Source: Hypanus sabinus
Taxonomy: Eukaryota
Reading direction: 5' to 3'
NCBI RefSeq assembly: GCF_030144855.1
Contig: NC_082727.1
Location: forward strand, 18,538,001-18,602,000
DNA length: 64,000 nucleotides
The notes below the pieces were generated by a model. That model saw only the letters and a list, made by a program, of their open reading frames with translations, made no database searches and had not been told where the DNA came from. A program made the translations under genes and the position numbers. Positions 1-10,800 of the stretch are shown here, one piece after another. Position 1 is the first letter of the stretch, and every line of letters begins with the position of its first letter.

Positions 1-1690
1 TCATCATTTCCTCCTTTATAACTTTTTTAATTGCCTTCTGTTGGGTTTTAAAAACTTTGGAATCCTCTAACTTCCCAATTTTTTTGGTCAATTCTGTACT
101 TTCTCTCTCTCTGACTTTGCTTGTCAGCCACAGTTGCATCATCCAGCCTTTAGAATACTTCCTCTTCCTTGGGATTTATCTATCCTGTGCCCTCCAAATT
201 TTTCCTAGAAAGTCCAGCCATTGCTGCTCTCTGCTGTCATCCCTGCTCATGTCCCCTTCCAATCAACTTTGGCCAGCTCTTCTCTCGTGCCTCTATAATT
301 CGCATTACTCCCCTGTGTTACGAACCCCGTAACTGGGTCACTTACCAGCAAAGATAGAGGCGTCCGTTGAAGTCTGATGATACTATTTTTAACAGTATTT
401 ATTAGTAAAAATAATATCAATGCAAATATACAGATAATATAAGTCTAAACCTAAAAGTGCGGGTATAATAATAATAATAAGAAATAAGCTCTATCGTTGT
501 CTAGGGGATAATGAATTGTCCAATGGAAATATAAAGTTCGTTTCAGTTCACACAGGCTGTGGTGTTTGTTTGTCGCTGTGTTGCAATTGTTGGAGAGAGA
601 GAGCTAGAAGAATGGGAACAGTTACCGCTATTGTTTTTGCCAACCTTCCTTTATGATTTCGATCCGTCGGAGTCTCGTTAGTGTGGCCGTTCAAGTGTGA
701 CCTCTCCTTTAGCTAAACCGTTCTTCCGTGATGAGCCCGCTACCCTGGCAAGGGAGGACGCACACGAGCTCTCACCGGCTTCGCTATAAAACGCTGTCCC
801 TGGATTTCTAGCGTTTCTCCTGGTGTGTCTAAGGGGTGTTCCCCAGACCCGACTTTTATCCTCACTCACGGGATCTCGGATGTCAAGCAGGTTGGGATGA
901 TGCAATCCCTCAACCAGACCACTCTGGTTGTCCGCTGAGGGGTTTCAATGAATAGTACAGTACTCAATACACAATTCCATCTCCAAGAGACAATAGCAGT
1001 AATCAGTGGTTTTGTTCCGCTTTTTGTTAGGAGACATTCCAAACCTTGTTTATTCCTGCGTGTCTCTCTCATTACTGACATGATGTGTATCTCTCATTTC
1101 CTGGGTCTCAGACCCGAAATAATAACGATCTTACGATTCTCAAAAGGGGAGGGGGGCGGGCATTGGCGATTCTGGACCCGTCTGTCCATCAGATTTGCTC
1201 CTCATTCGTAACACCTGTAATACTGATATGTCTGACTTTGACTATTGCCTCATAAATTGCAGAGGGGATTCTATCATATTATGATCACTGTCTCTAAGGA
1301 TTCCTTTAGCATAAACTCCCTAATTGAATCTAATTAATCACACAACACCCAATCCAGAATAGCAGATCCCCTAAAGGGCTCAACCACAAGTTTTTCTAAA
1401 AAGACATCTTGTGGGCATTCTATAAACTCTCTCCCGGGATTCCCACACCAACCCGATTTTCCCTGTCAACCACCATGAAATCCCCCAGGACTATTGTACC
1501 ATTGCCCTTTAACATGCGTTTTCTATCTCCCACATCCTGGCTACTGCTCGGAAGTCTCCCATCAGGGTCTTTTTACCCTTTCAGTTTCTTAACTCTACCC
1601 ACAAGGATAATACATCTTCCGATCGCCTCTGAATTTGGTTTCTCTTTTTTTACAAGCAGAGCCACCCCACCCCCTCTGCCGACCTGCCTA
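1..1690 (-). mobile_element. CR1 LINE fragment (endonuclease region), interrupted by a solo LTR
   Basis: Reverse complement is homologous to the + strand CR1 at about 56400-56900 (e.g. gtcagatgtatcagtattac). The sequence is continuous across the LTR insertion. Confidence 0.75.
316..1213 (-). mobile_element. Solo LTR (898 bp)
   Basis: Perfect 9-bp terminal inverted repeat TGTTACGAA...TTCGTAACA and a 4-bp target-site duplication CCTG (312-315, 1214-1217). AATAAA and a TATA-like ATAAAA lie on the minus strand. Confidence 0.85.
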
Positions 1691-4564
1691 TCTTTGCCCC
1701 GACCTTGTGGGCTGTACTGCGGACACACTGGGTTAAGCGGCTGTGCAGAACCTCACCTCTGTGACTTGCTGCAGCTAACGGGGTCTCTGATAGTCGCAAG
1801 ACTGTTCGAAGCCACAACAGTAGTCTGAGAGGCAGGCACCGATGTAAGAATTAGGCCATTCAGTCCACTGAGTATTCTCTGCCATTCGATTGATAGTCTG
1901 GAAGTGAAAGCCTGATAGCTGGAGGACTGTGTATGTGTGTGTGCTTTTGTGTTTGTGTTTTTTTTAAACCAGGCTTGTTTTGCTGCTGTTGTTTTCCTCT
2001 GACCTACCTCCTCTCTCCTGCCTGGCACTTCCCCCGGGTCCCCTCCTCCTTCCCTTTCTCCTGTGGCCCACTCTCCTCCCCTATCATATTCCTCCTTCCC
2101 TCCCCCCACCTTTTCATTCTGGCATCTTCCCCTTTCCTCCTCAGTCCTGAATGTCTTGGCCCAAAACGTCAACTGTCTTATTCGTTCCCGTGGATGCTGT
2201 CCGACCTGCTGAGTTCCTCCGGTGATCTGTGTATATTGAGTTCTGGTAAACATGTTACGTTGGTGCTGGAATGTGCACCCTGCCCCCAGTACATCGTTAG
2301 GTTGTGTTGGCTGCTAACAGTAATTCACTCTGTTTTGGCGGACATGTGATAAATAAATGTGAATCTGGTTTATTTTCCCTATCAACCCCATTCTCCTGCC
2401 TTCTCCCCATAACCTTTGACACCCTTACTAATCAAGAACCTGTCAACAGCTGCTTTAAGGTACACCCAATCTTGGCCTCCACAGCCGTCTGTGGCAATGA
2501 ATTCCCCAGATTCACCCCACCCTCGGGTAAATTCCTCCTCCTTGTGGTTTTAAAGAGATGGAGGTCCTTCTACTGTGATGCTGTGCCCTCTGGCCCTAAA
2601 TTCCCCCACGCCAACGTCCTCTCCGCATTCACTCTATCTCAGCCTGTTTACCTAATGGCGAGGCTGGGTAGCACAGCTGTGCTTTCAGACACACTGCCCT
2701 CCCCCTGGCACAACCGCAGAGGGCAGCCAATGCAGTCCGGACAGATGCTCGGCATCTGGGACTTAACAGGCCAGACATGACGGAGCACTTTGATTCCTGA
2801 CAGCTGTTCCTTTGTCTTGTGCTGCTTTATCTGAGAATTTTGAGCTGGTTACCTTGAGCGCGGGCCAGAGACGGCGAAGGAATTTGTTTACGCTCAGCTA
2901 ACCCGTTTCTACTCGGCAGTCCCTTGGCTGATGGCAACCTTTGTAACAGCCGCACTCTCTCGATTGCCGCAGGCTGTTCAGCTGAGACTCTCCGGGGGAA
3001 TTGAGCATGGGGATTGTGGTCTGTTGTTTTGAGTGCTAAATCAGTCGGTCGTTGTCTCGAGTGACACCCCTGTGGATCTTCAGATCGTTTCTGATTGCAC
3101 AGAATTGTTTGATGCTAACTTCTGAATGTTTAACGGAGTTGATTTAACCTCAGTTTATGCAGTGGGTGTTTTTATTCTCTCTCTTCCACCTTAAAGACAC
3201 ACACTCAATGTTTTAGGAACAACTTATTCCCCTCTGCCACCAGATTTCTGAATAACAAAAGCTACTTCTTGCACTGCTTGTTTATAGTTTGATATTTCTT
3301 ATAGTAACTTGTATTTTTTTAATGCTGCTCTGTACTGCAGCCACAAAACAACAGATTTCATGACATACCTGTATGTCTGGGATAATAAGCCAGATTCTGA
3401 CTAACAGAGGGAGGCTCTTGTATAATAAACAAGTCCCGGAGTTTCTCAGCACCCGAGGTGCTTTGGCTTAAGCCTGCCAGACAAGGTCAAAGTGAAGCTT
3501 ATCATATGCACAGGTGCACTGGACTTGCAGCCACATAGCCGCAGTTAAGCAGTTTTCACAAGAATTGATCATTAAATTAAAAGGAAATACAACTGCAATT
3601 AAAAAAAGAAGCAAGTCTGCCTTGGTCAGTGTTGCTAAGTGAGCAAGATTGTGCCGATGGGTTGGAGGGAAGTAGCTGTATCTGGTGCTGTGAGAAGATG
3701 GCGGGGATCTTTAGACATTGCCATCTTGAGGCAGCGTCTCCTGTCAATACAACTGATGGTGGAGGTATTGGGGGAGGGGGGACAACATTTGGGGGGGGGG
3801 GTATGTGCGGAAATGACAAACGTACTGTAGTTAAGCCGCTGCCCGTCTGCCAGCCTACAGCCTGTGTGTCACAAGCTCATCCAGGGGAGAGGTGCAAATG
3901 TGGGATAGGTTTCTGCCCCCCTCAGTCTTGCACTCCCTCTTTGGTGGGTGAAAGGGGTTTGGTGTCCAGAAATCCCGTTCTTGAAGTGAAATACACACTC
4001 CCTCTACTCCCCTGTTAGTCATCCCAAATTCCCTTTAGTTACCAATCTCTCTGGCAATGGAAAATAGTTCAACTTGTTCATTCTGGTTGGGCCTAGGCTA
4101 ATTTTATGCACTGTTAAATCTCTTGGCTCCCTTTCCTTGCATAGTAGCGAACCCCAGCCTGAAACGTTTCTTCTCTGTAATGAGTTGACCACTGCTGTCT
4201 ACCCTCTCCATCTCCTCCCTTTTGGTCAGGCACTGTCTCCATCATCTCCTAGCCCCTTCGACTGGCTCAGTCCATAAGACCATAAGCCAAAGGAGCAGAA
4301 TCAGGCCATTCAGCCCATCAAGTCTGCTCTATCTTTCAATCATGGCTGAATTATTATCCCTCTCAACCCCATTTTCCTGCCTTCTCTCTGTAACCTTTGA
4401 TAACCTCACTAATCAAGAACCTTTCACCCTTTGCTTTAAATCTACCCAATGACTGGGCTTCCACAAGGTGCCTTTGGTAATGAATTACATATTCAGCACC
4501 CTCTGGCTAAAGAAATTCCTGTCCACCTGCATTCTGAATGGATGGCCCTCAACTCTGAAGCTGT

Positions 4565-6328
4565 AAAGGAAAAGTGGCTTAAGGATAAGTAGTAGAACAA
4601 TTGCAGAAGACCAACAACGCAAACACATGTACGACAAGATCAAAGAGGTCACAAATCGGAAGACAAGCGGGGCAACAACAGGATGTATAAAAGCAAAAGA
4701 CGGCTCTACAATTAGGGAAAAAGGAAAAATAATGCAAAGATGGTCAGAATACGTCAAAGTCTGAGGGGACAACTTTGATATTGGCAACGACAACGAGGGC
4801 CCAGCAATACTGAAAGAAGAAGCGGAGCATGCTACAGTATGAAGAAGATGCAAAAGGGGAAATCATCAGGACCAGATCACATTCCAGTTGAACTCTGTGA
4901 AGCGCTAGAAGGTTTTGGTGTAGAGAAGTTAACCATCTTATTGAATAGAATATACAACAGTGGCAAAGCACCAGAAGATCTTTTAAAGGCAGTGTTCATT
5001 GCATTGCCAAAGAAACCGGGTGCAACAGAGTGTGGACAACACAGAACAATTAGTTTAACGAGCCACCTCACAAAAATTCTACTTAGAATCATCATGCTCA
5101 GAATAAGAAACAAAATTAAACCAGAGATTAGTGAAGAACAGTGCGGCTTTGTCGAAGGCAAGGGAACATCAAAGGCCACTTGTATTCTCAGGAATATTAT
5201 CGAAAGGTCAATAGAAGATCTATAGAAAATCTATACTTCTGTTTCATTGACTATACAAAAGCCTTTGACACAGTGAAACACCAAGTCATCATGAAAATGC
5301 TTAAAGATATTAATATAGATGGAAAATATCTAAGAGTAATCAGGAATCTCTACTGGCAACAAAGTGCAGCCATACGGATAGACAACGAGATTGGTGAGTA
5401 AGAGTATTGGTGAGCCAATAAAGCCAGGAGACAGACAGGGTTGTGTTCTATCACCAGACCTGTTCTCCCTGTATAGTGAAAACATCATGAGAACTATACA
5501 AGACCTACCTGGACTAAGTATAGGAGGACACAATATCAACAACATCCGCTATGCGGATGATACAGTACTGACAGAAAAGAGTGAAGTAGATTTACAGAAA
5601 CTAGATTCTACCATCAACACAGAGAGCGGAAGACTTGGCCTAACCTTAAACAAAAAGAAAACTGAAATAATGGTAATATCAAAGAACCTGATATCCCAAA
5701 CTGTAGGATCGTATTGGGAAATGAAATCCTGAAACAAGTTCACAACTTCAAGTACCTTGGATCATGGGTAACATCTGTTGGCAAATGCCAAACAGACATA
5801 AAAGCAACAATAACAATGGCAAGAACAGCATTCTCAGAAATGAGAAACATCCTAATGAACAAGAAAATAGCAATTGACGTCCACCATAGAACTCTCAGCT
5901 GCAACACTCTTCCTGTATTGATGTACGGCTGCAAGTCATGGACCATCACAAATGCAATGGAAAAGAGAATCAATGCAGCAGAGATGTGGCTCCTCAGAAG
6001 AATGCTATGCATATCATATACGGACAGCATAACCAACGAAGAAATTCTACAGAGAACAAAAACAAAATGTATATTACTTTAAAAATAATCAGAAAACAGC
6101 AATCGAAATTCTTTGGACACATTGTGCGAAGAGAGACATTAGAACATTGAGTTACAACTGGAAAGCTGGAAGGAAACGAGCAGAGGCAGACAGAGAGTGA
6201 AATGACAGATGGAATAACATCAGGGTTAGAAACAGGGGAGGCAACGACTACAATTCGAGGGTCAGGGACCATGATGCATGGAGAGACATGATTGCCCACG
6301 CTGAACAGCAAAGCACCTGAATGATGAT
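4565..6328 (+). mobile_element. RTE-clade LINE, 5'-truncated, frameshifted RT
   Basis: ORF pieces GKSSGPDHIP, PKKPGATECGQHRTISL, EQCGF, FIDYTKAFDTV, RQGCVLSP, IRYADDTVL, FKYLGS. The 3' end is cacctgaatgatgat, a short-repeat tail typical of RTE. Confidence 0.88.
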
Positions 6329-7642
6329 ATCCTTTTTCCCACAGTATGAAATATCATCCCTCCATTCACTCTATCCAGACCTGTCAATGTTAAATAAATT
6401 TCACCGAGGTTCTTCCCCACCCCCATTCTTCTAAACCAGCGACTCCAGGTCCCGAGCCGTCGACATTAACCCTTTCATTCCCAGGCTCGTTCTTGTGATC
6501 CTCCTCTAGACCATCTCCAATGTCAGCACATCTTTTCTTAGATATGGGGCCCAGAACTGCTCTCAATACTCCAAATGCAGTTCCTCATCATTACATCCAT
6601 GCTTTTATATGCTCGTCATCTTGAAATTAAATTAAACGTTGCATTTGCCTCCCTTGTTTGGGGAACCCTGCACGATTCCGTATACGGTGTTTTGGGTTTC
6701 CTTCAGCCAGTCAGCCCTCCTTTCCCAATAATTGTCTGCAGTGGGGGATTTTATTTTTGTCCTGTAGCACAGTATAGGCCCTTCAGCCCACAATGTTGTG
6801 CTGACCTATTAACCTACTCAAAGATCAATCTTCTCCTTCCCTCCCACATGGCCGACATTCTTCTTTCATCCTATCTAAATACCCTTAAGGTATCTGCCTC
6901 TACCACCGCCCCGACAGCATCTTCCACACACCCACCACACTCTGAAGAGAAAATAACCTCCCTCTGACATTCTTACCCCTTTCCCCCCCCCCCCACACAC
7001 TATACTTTCCTCCCGTTAACAACATTATTCCACCTTACACTAGCCATTTCCACTCTGGCTGTCCACTCTATCTAGCCCTCTACCAAGTCACCACTCTTCC
7101 CCTGTCACCCCATAGGGAAAAGCCTTGCCTCACTCAACCTGTCCTCATGAAATATGCTCTTCTAATCCAGGCAGCGTCCTGGGAAATCCCCTGTAAAGCT
7201 TCCTATAACATCTCTGGTCCTGTATCTCGGCCACACTCTGCGCACGGGATGTCCATAGAAGCAAAACCCTGCGGTGGGAGGGGGGGGAGGATCAGCTGGG
7301 ATTGGATGGTGGAGCAGACTGAATGGGCCAACTGATCTAATTCTGCTCCTTTGTCTTACGGTGCGCGAAATCGGCAATCAAGGCAAAATTGCTGGAAATA
7401 GTCAGCAGGTTGAGCAGCATCCACAGAGAGGGAAACGGGACTGGCATTTCAGGTCAGTGGTCTTCCATCAGAATCCCAGAATGTTCAATGACTCAGTGAA
7501 AGAGTCAACATATTTGTCTTGCTCTGTGGATGCTGCCTAACCTGCTGAGCGTTTCTAGTGTCATTTTCCTTTTTGTCTCAATGAAACAACATTGGAACTG
7601 CTTCTAATTTTCCTCCTCCTCTCCTCGCCCCTCTGCCCTCAG

Positions 7643-7820
7643 GGATGAAGACATTGGCTGCTCCTGACTGGGACTGACGTTGAGTTCTAAGTTTTATTTC
7701 AATTACCGTGATCCTCCCGCTCTTAGTCAGTGGTTGCTGGCGAGAAGGATTTGGGCGCAGCCGATCGCAGTGTTCATCAACATTTTGTCCCTGTCCTGTG
7801 ACACCACCCTCAGCTCGGAC
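7643..7820 (+). other. 5'UTR part of the first coding exon of the CREBRF-like gene
   Basis: A long polypyrimidine tract (ttttcctcctcctctcctcgcccctctgccctc) ends in AG at 7641-7642, followed by unique sequence leading to GAC-ATG at 7821. The upstream non-coding exon was not identified. Confidence 0.6.
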
Positions 7821-7829
7821 ATGCCACAG
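7821..7829 (+). CDS. CREBRF: CREBRF-like coding exon 1 (MPQ)
   Basis: ATG CCA CAG then donor gtatga at 7830. Vertebrate CREBRF starts MPQ and, from recall, has the same 9-nt coding micro-segment. Confidence 0.8.
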
Positions 7830-10800
7830 GTATGAACCCCTTGTCTTCCTTCTTCCCCCACTCCAAGTCACCTGCCACTTTAAGGCAGGTGTAGCCTTTG
7901 TGTGTGTGTGTGTGTGTGTGTATTTGAGTGTTTCTGCTTTCAGAAGGATCCGCGGCATGTTATGAAAATGATACTGTTGTGGTTAAACTATTCTGAGGCC
8001 TTGACCGTAAGTTTGAAACTCACTATTGCAGCTAGGAAGTTGCACTTGTTTTAAAAATATCTGCAGTAAAAATCATATTGGCAGAGTTTGTGAAGCTGCT
8101 AGGCTGTTGTGGACACCCAGCTTTTTCCACTAATGCTCTTCAGAGAATCTGCTGACCTTGTCTGGTCTGAGCTGTGACTCCAAGCCTGCAGCATTGTCGC
8201 CTCTTAACGGGAGCAATTAAGGATGGGCAGAAAATGCTGGCGTTGCTTGACTCCCAGTGATCCCTAGTTGCCCTGGATATCAGTATTCTGTATTTTGAGC
8301 CCTCATTTCAAGTTAATATCAGAAAATGTCTACAACCTGAAATGCTTACTCTTCACAGACATATCCACAAACAAAAAAAGTCCCCAAAGCATGAATGCAG
8401 ACGTTGGAATTCCAAGACAACCCCCTCTCCCCTCCCTCAGCCATCACGCCCCAGATTTAAGCCCACAGCAGTTAGTGTGGGAAGTTCATGGTTGGAATGG
8501 CTGCCTTTACTTTTGTGGGAACCCACTGATGAAATATAAGTGAGACCTTGCCTTCAGTTCCCCCGACTGAGGGTGGGTGGGAGGTCAGCGGAGGGCACAG
8601 TAGCCTAGTGGTAAACGCAGGCTTTACAGAGCCCAGCAACCGGGGTTTAATTCCTGCTGCTGTCCGTCTCCCCATGACCATGTGCGTATCTCCGGGTTCC
8701 TCCCACGTTCCAAAGACGTACGGTTTGGGGTCAGTCAGCGGTGGGTAAGCAATGTTAGTGCTGGAACTATGGTGACACTCGCGGGCTGCCCCCAGCACAT
8801 CCTCGGGCTCTGTTGGTCGTTGATGCTAACGACACAGTTCACTGGATGTTTTGATGTACATGTGACAAAGTTCCTCTTTAAACTTAGAAACATAGAAAAC
8901 CTACAGCACAATACAGGCCCTTCAGCCCACAAAGCTGTGCTGAACATGTCCTTACCTTAGAACTACCTAGGCTTTACCCAGAGCCCTCTATTTTTCTGAG
9001 TTCCATGTACCTATCCAGGAGACTTTTAAAAGACGCTGTAGCGGTGTGCTACATGCAGCGCTAAAATTACGACACGGAGTCGGTAACTGCAGTCGAAGGA
9101 AAAACTTTATTCGAAATCCTCAGCCTTACTTTTAAGCCTCCCTCAACCTGCCCCCCGAGGCGCTGAGGCTCCAAAGCTCTGTGCTCGCAAACCCCCGTAG
9201 GCTATCTAATTGTGAGCCGGTTCGGATGTGCCAGGAAATGGGTCGCCACATAACCCCCCCCCCCCAGAACCGGCGATACACCCCCCAATGTCCACAGTCT
9301 GGGCCAGAACCTGCTTGGGAGGTCGGCCTCTGCGCCGAGGTGCTGGAAACTCGGCCGGTTGCGCCAGGTCCACATGGGCCGGTTTGAGGCGGTCCACTGT
9401 GAAAACCTCCTCTTTCCCCCCAACATCCAGCACGAACGTGGACCCGTTGTTCCGGAGCACCATAAACGGCCCCTCGTATGGCCGCTGCAGCGGTGGCCGA
9501 TGCCCGCCCCTGCGTACAAACACAAACTTACAGTTCTGCAGGTCTTTGGGTACGCAGGTCGGGTTCCGCCCGTGCTGTGAAGTGGGCATGGGGGTCAGGT
9601 CACCGAGCCTCTCGCGTAGTCTGCCCAGAACTGCTGCGGGATCTTCCTCTTGCCCCCGTGGGGCTGGTAGGAACTCCCCGGGGACGACCAGGGGCGCGCC
9701 GTATACCAACTTGGCCGACGAGGCATGCAGGTCGTCCTTGGGCGCTGTGCGGATGCCGAGTAGGACCCAGGGAAGCTCGTGCGCCCAGTTGGCTCCTCGC
9801 AGGCGGGCCATGAGGGCCGACTTCAGGTGACGGTGGAAACGCTCCACTAGCCCGTTCGACTGTGGGTGGTAGGCAGTTGTGTGGTGCAGCTGAGACCCCA
9901 AAAGGCTGGCCATAGCTGACCACTGGCTGGAGGTGAACTGGGCGCCTCTGTCGGAGGTAATATGGGCCATTATACCAAAGCGAGATATCCAGGTGGTGAT
10001 CAGGGCTCGGGCGCAAAATTCGGAGGTGGTTTCGGTGAGCGGGACCGCCTCTGGCCATCTTGTGAACCGGTCCACGATAGTCAGGAGGTGCCGCGCTCCG
10101 TGCGACACTGGCAGGGGGCCCACGATATCCACATGAATGTGGTCGAAACGCCGGTGGGTGGGATGGAACTGCTGCGGTGGGGCTTTGGTGTGCCGCTGCA
10201 CCTTGGCCGTCTGGCAGTGCATGCACGTTTTGGCCCATTCACTGACCTGTTTGCGGAGTCCGTGCCAAACGAACCTGCTGGAAACCATCCGGACAGTCGT
10301 TCGGATAGAGGGATGCGCCAAGTTATGAATGGAGTCGAAAACACGGCGCCGCCAGGCTGTCGGGACGACGGGACGGGGCTGGCCGGTGGCGACGTCACCG
10401 AGTAGGGTCCTCTCACCCGGGCCTACGGGGAGGTCCTGGAGCTGCAAACCGGAGACTGCGGTTCTGTAACTCAGAATCTCCTCATCTGCCTGCTGTGCCT
10501 CTGCCAGTGCCTCAAAGTCTACCCCTTGGGAAAGGGCATGAACGGTAGGGCGAGAGAGCGCATCCGCCACGACATTGTCCTTACCCGAGACGTGCCGGAC
10601 ATTCGTCATGTATTCAGAGATGTAGGATTCCGTGTACTTGCCGTCTGCCGGGGCGACTGTACGAACTCCGTGACCTGGGCCGCTGTGTCCTGGTCGAGGG
10701 AGCTCACCACGTAGTAGTAGCGGGTGTCTTCTGAGGCGACCTGGCGAACGTGGAATTGGGCTTCGGCTTGCTGGAACCATAGGTTCGGACGCCGTGTCCA

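Noticed and set aside
8590-8670. tRNA gene
   Set aside because: A/B-box-like motifs are followed by a SINE body found in multiple diverged copies; no full cloverleaf.
9206-10780. 524-aa ORF as a domesticated host gene (GIN/SCAN-like)
   Set aside because: It is flanked by LTRs, PBS, PPT and TSD, so it is a retrotransposon integrase. Its annotated N-terminal part is an off-frame reading of gag.
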